From: an uncultured Gemmatimonadales bacterium
GTDB lineage: Bacteria; Gemmatimonadota; Gemmatimonadetes; Gemmatimonadales; GWC2-71-9
Assembly (NCBI GenBank): GCA_963815325.1
Contig: CAWFGG010000002.1
Location: forward strand, 773,472-837,471
Length of the DNA: 64,000 nucleotides
Direction of reading: 5' to 3'
Below the pieces are notes generated by a model. It searched no databases and had not been told where the DNA came from. It saw only the letters and a list, made by a program, of their open reading frames with translations. Position 1 is the first letter of the stretch. The number at the start of each line of letters is the position of its first letter. Positions 56,110-64,000 of this stretch are shown here, one piece after another. The translations under genes and the position numbers were made by a program.

Positions 56110-57140
56110 AGACGCTTACATTGCCCAAAGAGCACCTGGACTTCTTCGCATCAGTCCTGCAGCAGTTTGGTGAGATCCATGGGCCCGTCGCCCAAGGCAA
56201 GCGATTCGTGTTTCGGCGGCTCCGCCGCTGGTCCGAGATCCGGCTCGATTACACCCGCACGATCCTACCGCCCAAAAAGTACTTCCTCCCCCCGCGTGAG
56301 TGCCTGTTCCGCTACCGGCGGCGCGAGGGCTACGTGCCGGAGACTGCGGGTCTCGAACGCCGCATCGTGCTGTTCGGCGTGCATGCCTGCGATATCTACG
56401 GCCTCAACATCCTGGATCAGGTCTTCGGCGGCCGCTATCCGGATCCATACTACCAGACGCGCCGGCGACACATTGCGGTGATCGGCGTCGACTGCACGCC
56501 CGATGAGCACTGCTTCTGCCGCTCAATGCGGGCGGACTTCGTCAGCGAAGGATTCGACCTGTTCTTTCAAGACCTGGGCGACCGCTACCTCGTGTTCGTC
56601 GGTACGGCGCTCGGAGACGACATGGCGCTGGCGACGGGGCCGCTGTTCCAGCCCACCAGCCGGGCGGACATAGAGGAATACAAGCGGCGCTCCGCCGCGA
56701 GAGAGGACGCGTTCCGGCTCGAGGCGGAGATCCGGGACCTGCCGGAAATCTTCGAGCTCGAGTACGAAAGCGACCTCTGGCAGCAGCTCGGTGAGCGGTG
56801 CCTCGGCTGCGGTGCCTGCAGCATGGTCTGCCCGACCTGCTACTGCTACGACGTCGCCGACGAGGTCGAACTAGGCAGCGCCGACGGGACGCGCACCCGG
56901 GTGTGGGACAGCTGCCTATTTGCATCGCATGCCGCCGTGGCCGGCGGCGAGAATTTCCGCGCCAGCCGGGCGAGCCGTATCAAGTTCCGGTTTTATCACA
57001 AACAGCGTGGCTTCGTCGCGGAATATGGCCGCCCGAGCTGTGTCGGCTGCGGCCGCTGCCTCGAGGCCTGTCCCGCCGGCATCGACATCATCGAGGTCAT
57101 CGAACAGCTCCGGGAGGTCAAGCATGCCACGGCTGGCTGA
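56106..57140 (+). CDS. [NiFe]-hydrogenase group 3b-type beta subunit (HydB/HyhB, Fe-S)
   Basis: GTG 56106 within ORF 55362..57140. Motifs: CDIYGLNILD, CFCRSM, CLGCGACSMVCPTCYCYD, CVGCGRCLEACP. This is sulfhydrogenase-beta-like. Confidence 0.75.
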   Translation: MKTLTLPKEHLDFFASVLQQFGEIHGPVAQGKRFVFRRLRRWSEIRLDYTRTILPPKKYFLPPRECLFRYRRREGYVPETAGLERRIVLFGVHACDIYGLNILDQVFGGRYPDPYYQTRRRHIAVIGVDCTPDEHCFCRSMRADFVSEGFDLFFQDLGDRYLVFVGTALGDDMALATGPLFQPTSRADIEEYKRRSAAREDAFRLEAEIRDLPEIFELEYESDLWQQLGERCLGCGACSMVCPTCYCYDVADEVELGSADGTRTRVWDSCLFASHAAVAGGENFRASRASRIKFRFYHKQRGFVAEYGRPSCVGCGRCLEACPAGIDIIEVIEQLREVKHATAG

Positions 57141-57996
57141 GGCCCCCCTTTTCCGCCCGGTCTTGACGACGAACCCATATCAGCCGGCGACGGCGCACAT
57201 CGTCAGCATCCACCGCATGGTCGCTGACAACTACCTGTTCACACTGCGCTTCGCGGACGACCACCAGGCGGCGGCGTTCCGCCACCGACCCGGCCAATTC
57301 GTGATGCTGAGCGTGCCCGGCGCCGGCGAGGCACCAATCTCCATCTCATCGTCGCCCACGAGACCTGGAATGCTCGAGCTGTGCGTGCGCCGCGTCGGCC
57401 GGGTCACCAACGCACTCTACCGTCTGCAAGCTACCGACCACGTCGGGGTGCGAGGCCCGTACGGCAACGGGTTCCCAATCGAGCGGCTGGAGGGCGGTGA
57501 CCTGCTGCTGGTGGCAGGCGGGCTCGGCATGGCGCCCCTGCGGTCCCTGCTCTGGTACGCGCTCGACCGCCGGGACCAATTCGGCAGCGTGACGCTGATG
57601 TACGGCGTGAGGACCCCGGCGGACATGCTGTTTCGCGACGAGTTGGTTTCGCTCGCCGACCGCCCGGATCTGACCTGTCTCTTGACCGTCGATCGAGACC
57701 CGGCGGGCGGGTGGACCCAACAGATCGGACTCTTGCCCACCCTGTTCGATCGCGCGGCCCCGGACCCCCGAACCACTCACGCCGCCGTCTGCGGTCCGCC
57801 GGTCGTGTACCGGCTCGTGCTCGAGCGCCTGCTGGCCCTCGGGTTCTCGAAGGACCGTATCCTCATGTCGCTCGAACGCCGCATGAAATGCGGCGTCGGG
57901 AAGTGCGGCCACTGCAGCGTGGGCTACAAGTACACCTGCCTGCACGGACCGATCTTCACCTACTGGGACGCCATCAATCTGCCGGAGCTCGTATGA
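57124..57996 (+). CDS. [NiFe]-hydrogenase group 3b-type gamma subunit (HydG/HyhG, FAD/NAD(P)-binding, [2Fe-2S])
   Basis: RPGQFVMLSVPGAGEAPISISS, LLLVAGGLGMAPLRS, and the C-terminal CGVGKCGHC cluster. ATG 57124 overlaps the upstream gene. Confidence 0.75.
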   Translation: MPRLAEAPLFRPVLTTNPYQPATAHIVSIHRMVADNYLFTLRFADDHQAAAFRHRPGQFVMLSVPGAGEAPISISSSPTRPGMLELCVRRVGRVTNALYRLQATDHVGVRGPYGNGFPIERLEGGDLLLVAGGLGMAPLRSLLWYALDRRDQFGSVTLMYGVRTPADMLFRDELVSLADRPDLTCLLTVDRDPAGGWTQQIGLLPTLFDRAAPDPRTTHAAVCGPPVVYRLVLERLLALGFSKDRILMSLERRMKCGVGKCGHCSVGYKYTCLHGPIFTYWDAINLPELV

Positions 57997-58793
57997 GGCC
58001 CGACGAAGAGGCAACCGTCACGGCCGCTGCCCGACCCACCGTGGGGTTCGTGGGGCTCACCGGTTGCGCCGGCGACCAGCTCGTTGTGCTCGACTGCGAG
58101 GACGAGTTGCTCGACTTGGTTGCGCTCCTCGACGTCCGCGAGTTTCTCATGGCCGCGTCGGACGGCAATGGAACGAAGGCACCACTCGACATTGCCTTCG
58201 TCGAGGGCGCAGTGATGAGCCGCCGCGACGAGGAGACGCTCCGGCAGCTGCGCGAGCGGACCCGCTGCCTTGTCGCCATCGGGACGTGCGCCGTCTGGGG
58301 CGGCGTGGCCGCGCTCGACAGACTGTTCGATCGCGGGGCGTTGGTACGTGAGGTGTACGGAGACGTCGGGGCAGGATTCGACACCCTCCCGACGCGGGCG
58401 GTGCGGGACGTCGTTCCGGTCGACTACGCGATCACTGGGTGCCCGATCGAGCGGGACGAGTTCCTCTCCGCCGTCGCGCACCTGCTTCAGGGCAACCCGC
58501 CCCCGGTGCGAGACATCCCGGTGTGCGCCGAATGCCGGATGCGAGAGGTGGGCTGTCTCCTGGTGGACTGCGGCCTGCCGTGCTGCGGTGCCGTGACCGC
58601 CGGTGGCTGTAACGCCCGGTGTCCAGCCCTTGGCGTCCCGTGCGTCGGCTGCCGGGGACCGGCGTCCGACCCAAATATCGAGGCGGCACTCGCCGCCTTC
58701 GAGGCCCACGGCATCCCGCGCGATGACGCCGAGCGCCGGCTGCAGGTCTTCGCCCCGCTGCCCGTCGAGGCAGCCGTGGGGGAGCTTCGATGA
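57993..58793 (+). CDS. [NiFe]-hydrogenase small (delta) subunit
   Basis: GLTGCAGDQ, IGTCAVWGG, GCPIERDEF and CxxC-rich distal cluster motifs. ATGA overlap with the gamma subunit. Confidence 0.8.
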   Translation: MRPDEEATVTAAARPTVGFVGLTGCAGDQLVVLDCEDELLDLVALLDVREFLMAASDGNGTKAPLDIAFVEGAVMSRRDEETLRQLRERTRCLVAIGTCAVWGGVAALDRLFDRGALVREVYGDVGAGFDTLPTRAVRDVVPVDYAITGCPIERDEFLSAVAHLLQGNPPPVRDIPVCAECRMREVGCLLVDCGLPCCGAVTAGGCNARCPALGVPCVGCRGPASDPNIEAALAAFEAHGIPRDDAERRLQVFAPLPVEAAVGELR

Positions 58794-60091
58794 CGACACG
58801 CATCACGATCGACCATCTAGCGCGCGTCGAAGGGCACGGCGGTGTCACCGTCGAGCTCGACGGTGACAGGGTCCAGGCCGTACGGTTTGACATCTTCGAG
58901 GGAGCCCGATTGCTCGAGGGCCTCATCCGAGGACGGCGTTACGACGAGGTGGCCCCGATCGTGTCTCGGATCTGCGCGATCTGCTCTGCCGCACACACGC
59001 TCACATCCCTCGCGGCTACGGAACGGGCGTTCGGAATCGTCCCGAGCCCAGCCACCGAGCGCCTACGAGAGCTCCTGCTCCGCGGCGAGAACATCGAAAG
59101 CCACGCGCTGCACATCTTCCTGCTCGCGATTCCCGACTACTTCGGTGCGCCGAGCGCACTCGCGCTCGCGGCGGATCGACGCGAGGTCGTGGAGCTCGGC
59201 CTCCGTCTCAAGCAACTCGGCAACCGCATCCAAAGGACCGTCGCAGGCCGGGAGATCCACCCCGTGACGACGGTAGTCGGCGGATTCAGTGCCCACCCGG
59301 ACACTGAGAGCCTGTTGCACCTCCGCGCGGCCCTCCTCGACGGCCGGCGTGACGTGGCAACCGCCCTCGACGTCGTCGCGGCGCTGCCTGCCGCCGATGT
59401 GGGCCGGAGCCAGAGCGCCTACGCTGCGCTCCGAACCGTCGGCACGTACGGGTACAGCGGCGATGAGATCGCAATCGAAGGGGCCGGACCATCGGTTACC
59501 GTGCCGGTGCCGGCGTACCGAACGTTTGCGCAGGAGCGGACCGTGGCCCACTCACACGCCAAGCACAGTCTCTGGAACGGTACGCCGGTGATGGTGGGTG
59601 CGCTTGCGAGGCTCGTGGTGAACGGCTCGGCCCTGCCACCAACGGCACAACAGGCAGCCGAGCGGCTGGGCCTCGTGCCTCCGTTCGACGACCCGCTCGA
59701 TAACACCCGTGCCCAGATGGTCGAGATGGTCGCGGATGTCGACCATGCGCTCCAACTCGTCGAGCAGCTGCTTGCCGGCGGGGAGCCCTCGGAGCCGGCG
59801 CCACCGGTGACGACGCGCGCAGGCACGGGGACGGCAGCAGTGGAGGCGCCGCGCGGCCTGCTCGTACACAGCTACCGCTACGATCAGCACGGCCGGATCG
59901 TGGAGGCGGACGTCGTGACGCCCACCGCATTCAACGCCGCGAGTGTCGAGTATCGGCTGTGTCGCGCCGTTGAGCAGGCCACGGACCGGTCGCCCGATCC
60001 CCTCCGGCGGCGGCTCGAGATGCTCATCCGGGCCTACGATCCGTGTATTTCGTGCGCGGTACACGTGATCACCTGTCCCCGTGCGCCTTGA
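58790..60091 (+). CDS. [NiFe]-hydrogenase large (alpha) subunit
   Basis: 433 aa. N-terminal RICAICSAAH (RxCxxCxxxH) and C-terminal DPCISCAVH Ni-binding motifs, followed by a short 8-aa tail. Confidence 0.85.
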   Translation: MTTRITIDHLARVEGHGGVTVELDGDRVQAVRFDIFEGARLLEGLIRGRRYDEVAPIVSRICAICSAAHTLTSLAATERAFGIVPSPATERLRELLLRGENIESHALHIFLLAIPDYFGAPSALALAADRREVVELGLRLKQLGNRIQRTVAGREIHPVTTVVGGFSAHPDTESLLHLRAALLDGRRDVATALDVVAALPAADVGRSQSAYAALRTVGTYGYSGDEIAIEGAGPSVTVPVPAYRTFAQERTVAHSHAKHSLWNGTPVMVGALARLVVNGSALPPTAQQAAERLGLVPPFDDPLDNTRAQMVEMVADVDHALQLVEQLLAGGEPSEPAPPVTTRAGTGTAAVEAPRGLLVHSYRYDQHGRIVEADVVTPTAFNAASVEYRLCRAVEQATDRSPDPLRRRLEMLIRAYDPCISCAVHVITCPRAP

Positions 60092-62057
60092 CCTGCCGTT
60101 CCGCCGCCGGTCGCTCAGGGCCCGGCTGATTCTCAGCTATCTCGTGATCCTGGGCACCGGCGGCCTCATCACGTCGCTGGTCGGCTCGTGGATCGTCAGC
60201 ACGACGATCATGGCGCAGGCCCAAAACGCTGCGGAACACGACCTCTCGACGGCCCGCACGATCTTCGATGGAGAACTCGAGACCCTTCGGCAGGGGGTCA
60301 TGTTCACCGCACCCACGATCGGGGCAAGTGTCGACGGCGGCGGGATGGCCGCGGTGCGTGCCCGGCTCGCGGCCGTACAGGCGGACGCGGACTACGATTT
60401 TCTGTCGCTCACCGATGCGACCGGCCGTGTCATCGCGCGCGCAGCGCAACTGGACTCCACGGGCGACCAGGTCGCGGAGCTGCAGGTGGTGGGCGCCGCG
60501 TTGGCGGGCCGGGTCGTGGCGGGGGTGGAGATCGTGCCGACAGCGCTCCTCGCGCGCGAGGGCCCGGGCCTCGCGTCCCAAGCCATAATCCCGTTCGTCC
60601 CGACAGCGCACGCCCGCCCGGACGACCGCGACGCGGTGACCGACGGCCTCGTCCTGCTCGCCGCGGCCCCGGTCACGGACCACTCCGGCGCCGTCGTCGG
60701 CGCGCTCTATGGCGGCCGCCTGCTGAACCGCCGATTCGAACTGGTGGACCGGGTCTGGGAGCTGCTGTACCGCGGCGAGCAGTACCGCCGAGAGGACGTC
60801 GGGACCGTTACCGTCTTCCAGGGAGATGTGCGCATCGCGACGACGGTCCGGCAGCCCGACGGGACTCGCGCCGTGGGCACTCGTGTTTCCGCGCCGGTCC
60901 ACGCAGCCGTTTTGGAGCGAGGGGAGTCGTGGCGCGACCGCGCCTTCGTGGTAGACAACTGGTACATTGCCGCCTACGACCCGCTGCGCGATCTCAAGGG
61001 TGCAGTCGTGGGGATCCTGTACGTTGGCGTACTCGAGCGCGCGTATGCCTCGATCCGCGATCGCGTCATCCTCTCGTTCTTCGCCCTGGCCACAGTGGGG
61101 TTCCTGCTGATCATCGGCTTCACCTACGTCATGATCAGCAACCTGACCCGACCGATCGGCGAGATGGTGGCCGCGACGCGGAACATCGCCGCCGGTCGGC
61201 TCGATCAGGAGGTGCGGGGGGACGCGCAGGGTGAGCTGGCGCTACTAGCCGACTCGTTCAATACCATGCTCGCGAGTCTGCGGCAAATGAAGGGCGATCT
61301 CCAAGAATGGGGACACACGCTCGAAGAAAAGGTCGAGGAGCGCACCGACCAAGTGATGGCCATGCAGGTCCGCATGGCGCAGTCGGAGCGGCTCGCGTCA
61401 CTCGGTATGCTTGCGGCTGGCGTGGCACACGAGGTCAACAACCCTCTGGGCGGAATCCTGACCCTGACCGCTCTCGCCCTCGAGAATATGCCCGCCGACC
61501 ACCCGGACCGTCACAACCTCGAGGTCGTGCTCCAGCAGACCGAGCGGTGCCGGGACATCGTGAAGGGGCTGCTCGAGTTCTCGCGGCAGTCCGACGCGGC
61601 GATGGAGCAGCTCGACATCAACGCGGTGCTCGAGCAGACCCTCGCCCTAATCGCCGGCCAGTCGGCATTCTTCAATGTTACGTTGGTACGCGACTGGGCC
61701 GATGCCCTTCCGGCGGTGATGGGCGATCGGTCACAGCTGCAGCAGGTGTTTCTCAACATCGCCGTGAACGCCGCACAGGCGATGGACGAGCTGGGCACGA
61801 TTACGATCCGCACCCGCCCTGGCGCCGGCAACCGTTCCGTCGAAGTCGCGATCAGCGACACCGGATGCGGCATCCCGACGGAAGTCATCGATCACGTCTT
61901 CGATCCGTTCTTTACCACCCGGGAAGGTGGGCGCGGCACCGGCCTTGGCCTCGCCATCGCCTACGGCATTGTGACCCGGCACCACGGTCATATCAGTGTC
62001 TCCAGCGAAATGGGCCGGGGGACGACCTTCACCATCGAGCTGCCGGCGGCGAGTTGA
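60081..62057 (+). CDS. sensor histidine kinase (2 TM, Cache-like periplasmic domain, HAMP, HisKA, HATPase_c)
   Basis: GTG 60081 overlaps the hydrogenase large-subunit stop by 11 nt. HAMP region LTRPIGEMVAATRNIAAGRLD, H-box AGVAHEVNNPL, then DTGCGIP, GTGLGLAI. Confidence 0.85.
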   Translation: MRLDLPFRRRSLRARLILSYLVILGTGGLITSLVGSWIVSTTIMAQAQNAAEHDLSTARTIFDGELETLRQGVMFTAPTIGASVDGGGMAAVRARLAAVQADADYDFLSLTDATGRVIARAAQLDSTGDQVAELQVVGAALAGRVVAGVEIVPTALLAREGPGLASQAIIPFVPTAHARPDDRDAVTDGLVLLAAAPVTDHSGAVVGALYGGRLLNRRFELVDRVWELLYRGEQYRREDVGTVTVFQGDVRIATTVRQPDGTRAVGTRVSAPVHAAVLERGESWRDRAFVVDNWYIAAYDPLRDLKGAVVGILYVGVLERAYASIRDRVILSFFALATVGFLLIIGFTYVMISNLTRPIGEMVAATRNIAAGRLDQEVRGDAQGELALLADSFNTMLASLRQMKGDLQEWGHTLEEKVEERTDQVMAMQVRMAQSERLASLGMLAAGVAHEVNNPLGGILTLTALALENMPADHPDRHNLEVVLQQTERCRDIVKGLLEFSRQSDAAMEQLDINAVLEQTLALIAGQSAFFNVTLVRDWADALPAVMGDRSQLQQVFLNIAVNAAQAMDELGTITIRTRPGAGNRSVEVAISDTGCGIPTEVIDHVFDPFFTTREGGRGTGLGLAIAYGIVTRHHGHISVSSEMGRGTTFTIELPAAS

Positions 62058-62484
62058 GCTTTGCGGGCCGAGGGACAGTCCGAGAATGCCCTAGCCTGCT
62101 CAGTTTGGCGGGGTTCCGAATCGCCGGGGAGCAGATGGGCGGGCCCTTGTGACTTAGAAGAAGTGATTGAATTTTGCCGGAGCGGTGCAAACTGCTGACA
62201 CGAAACTCGCTCGTTGGACGGGCGCACTGGAGGCATAGCCAATACTTGAGCTACCTCACGCTTGGCTTCGCCCTGGCTGTGGCCCTCCCCGGTGATACCC
62301 TCGACGGCCAGTCGCCCATCGCACCCACAGACACCATTACCATCGACAAACCCACGCTCCTCGGCCTTATCCTCCTGGCCCCGGCTGCAGGTGGGTCAGA
62401 CGGTTCCCACTAACCCAGAGATTGCTAGTCGAACGTCCGCGGTTTCGAGCGCGAGTCTTGTACGGCACATCTCACGAGGACTCA

Positions 62485-62880
62485 ATGGACGACCACTCTC
62501 CATCCAATGTCGGCCTCTCACAGATCGGGCAGATCGCCGTTCCGGTCGGCGATATCGACCGGGCAGTCGCCTTCTACCGCGACACCCTTGGAATGCGATT
62601 CCTGTTCCAAGCACCGCCAGGTCTCGTTTTCTTCGACTGCGCCGGTATCCAGCTGATGCTGGATGGTCCGGGCAAGGCGCAGGCCAACAACTACAGCTCG
62701 GTCATCTACTACAAGGTCCCGGACCTTCACTTTGCCTGTGACAGGTTGAAGGCTCGCGGTGTCGTGTTCGACGCGGAGCCACATGTGATCGCGAAGCTGC
62801 CAGATCATGAACTCTGGATGGCGTTCTTCCGCGACCCGGACGAGAACGTCCTGGCGCTCATGAGTGAGGTTCGGGCGTAG
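62485..62880 (+). CDS. VOC family protein
   Basis: IGQIAVPVGDIDRAVAFYRDTLGM...MAFFRDPDENVLALM. Trimmed to ATG 62485. Confidence 0.75.
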   Translation: MDDHSPSNVGLSQIGQIAVPVGDIDRAVAFYRDTLGMRFLFQAPPGLVFFDCAGIQLMLDGPGKAQANNYSSVIYYKVPDLHFACDRLKARGVVFDAEPHVIAKLPDHELWMAFFRDPDENVLALMSEVRA

Positions 62881-63257
62881 CCGCTCGAGCGGATTCCGCC
62901 GCGACCACGCCGCAGCCACGTTGCAAGGCTCGCAACTCCCCGATAACCCATCCCCCAATAGGGACCACCTCATTCACGATTGGTCTGACCCTTGCCATGT
63001 CCAGGGGGAACGGACCGTCGGCTCTCGCCAAGAACTAGGGTTTACCCTAAGGCGCGAGAGAGCTTCCGGACCCCGGATGGGGGCCAATCGCTCAGCGGGC
63101 CACCCCGCTGGCAGTGAACCCGTCGGCGCAGGACACCGGGAGGGAGTTGCAGATCGCATGAACGAGAGACCGGATGGTCGGACCAGTCGACGATCAACAC
63201 GGCCCCCCACCAACGGGTGCGCAACCGCTCGTGGCCAGGCCCTCGCCCCCGACGCCG

Positions 63258-63719
63258 ATGGGTAACTGGGCCGAGACCCAACGAGTACGCGCTCGGGTCA
63301 CCTTTGCCGGGGGGCGCTCCATCGAGGGCGACCTCCACATGCAACCCTGTACCGCGCTTCACCGGGACGTCGAGACGCCCCTGGAGATGCTGAACCGGCC
63401 GGAAGAATTCTTCGCGATCACGCTCCCGTCGAGCGGTGTCGCGCTGGTGGCCAAGTCTCAAACCACACTCGTGACGTGCACGGCAATGGGCTCCGACATC
63501 GACTCGGACGAAGCACTGGGCGGCAAGTCGGTGCGGCTGGACGTCATGCTGTCGGACGGAGCCGAAGTGAGCGGGTGCGCCCATTGGGCGTTGCCGCCCA
63601 CCAGTGCCAGGCCCATCGACTTCCTGAATACCACCGAACGCTTCTTCGCGCTCACGGATGACGCAACGACCCACTACGTCAACCGGGGTTTCGTGCAAGA
63701 GGTTCACCCGCTCGACTGA
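63258..63719 (+). CDS. hypothetical protein with two similar halves
   Basis: Halves: RARVTFAGGRSIEGDLHM...LEMLNRPEEFFAITLPSSGVALVAKSQTTLV and VRLDVMLSDGAEVSGCAHW...IDFLNTTERFFALTDDATTHYVNRGFVQEV. Trimmed to ATG 63258. Confidence 0.5.
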   Translation: MGNWAETQRVRARVTFAGGRSIEGDLHMQPCTALHRDVETPLEMLNRPEEFFAITLPSSGVALVAKSQTTLVTCTAMGSDIDSDEALGGKSVRLDVMLSDGAEVSGCAHWALPPTSARPIDFLNTTERFFALTDDATTHYVNRGFVQEVHPLD

Positions 63720-63727
63720 GGGCTCTC

Positions 63728-64000
63728 GTGGCACAAATCGATCGATTCATCGAGCTGCTCCACCAACGTCGCGGCGAGGCGCTCAACCTCGCGGCCGGCC
63801 AGCGCATCGGTCTGGCCCTCGACGGTGCGGTGCGCCACCTGACCCGCGATGCCCTGACTGAGGCGCAGGTCACGTCCCTGCTCCAGGAGATCGCACCCGC
63901 CGAGGCGCGCGCCGGGCTCGCGAACGGCGCGGAGTCGAGCTTTTCGTACGCGGCACCGACCGGCCAAGTCGACATCCACGTGCAGCGATCCAACGGCGGG
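63728..64000 (+). CDS. PilT-like (T2SS/T4P ATPase N-terminal domain-like) protein, 5' fragment running off the window
   Basis: Own translation from GTG 63728 (GAGGG RBS): VAQIDRFIELLHQRRGEALNLAAGQRIGLALDGAVRHLTRDALTEAQVTSLLQEI...SSFSYAAPTGQVDIHVQRSNGG, with no stop to the window end. The pattern resembles the PilT N-domain (..GASDLHL..G.P...R..G.l..l....Lt..q...l......dFSy.....RfRvN). Confidence 0.4.
   Translation, partial: MAQIDRFIELLHQRRGEALNLAAGQRIGLALDGAVRHLTRDALTEAQVTSLLQEIAPAEARAGLANGAESSFSYAAPTGQVDIHVQRSNGG

Overview
GC-rich bacterial chromosomal window. The gene content suggests a Gemmatimonadota-like soil bacterium, but that taxon call is inference only. I support about 60 protein genes and found no rRNA, tRNA, CRISPR array, integrase or transposase.

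Layout:
- 1-5.75 kb: minus-strand mannoside/N-glycan utilisation operon (GH130 fragment, SSF symporter, CBM9-like lipoprotein, GH38).
- 5.8-9.8 kb: malic enzyme and an S46 dipeptidyl-peptidase.
- 10.3-13 kb: ECF sigma, anti-sigma, DUF4097 and a secreted protein.
- 13-14 kb: orphan tail-collar-like gene.
- 14.4-18.1 kb: type IV minor-pilin operon behind a consensus sigma-54 promoter.
- 18.2-19.35 kb: tandem cspA paralogues with conserved long 5' leaders.
- 19.8-30.9 kb: housekeeping genes and peptidases (ALDH7-like, M1, GcvT-family, M28, SDR, hpt, EamA, lipoprotein, DUF120-like).
- 31.1-42.3 kb: cluster homologous to the E. coli xdhD-ygfK-ssnA / ygeW-ygeY neighbourhood (the 'selenium-dependent molybdenum hydroxylase' purine-catabolism neighbourhood), with two different PLP enzymes where ygeX would be.
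- 43.4-46.9 kb: accessory patch. It holds a tandem structured GA-rich repeat, a signal-less protein-glutamine glutaminase homologue with a separately encoded pro-peptide-like ORF and small paralogous partners, DUF488, and a MoaD-like gene.
- 47-49.6 kb: multicopper oxidase plus dihaem cytochrome c.
- 50.4-53.5 kb: VOC, beta-lactamase-fold and PhnB-like genes.
- 54-62 kb: four-subunit cytoplasmic [NiFe]-hydrogenase (group 3b-like) translationally coupled to response regulators and histidine kinases.
- 62.5-64 kb: VOC, a duplicated-domain hypothetical, and a PilT-like fragment.

A striking technical or biological feature is at least 15 apparent 1-nt frameshifts. All lie between 24.6 and 46.9 kb, and several sit at short homopolymers.

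Most interesting candidates: the glutaminase locus, the GTGAGGA-type repeat family that places TGA in all three frames at gene 3' ends, the remodelled SDMH-like cluster, and the regulator-embedded hydrogenase operon.
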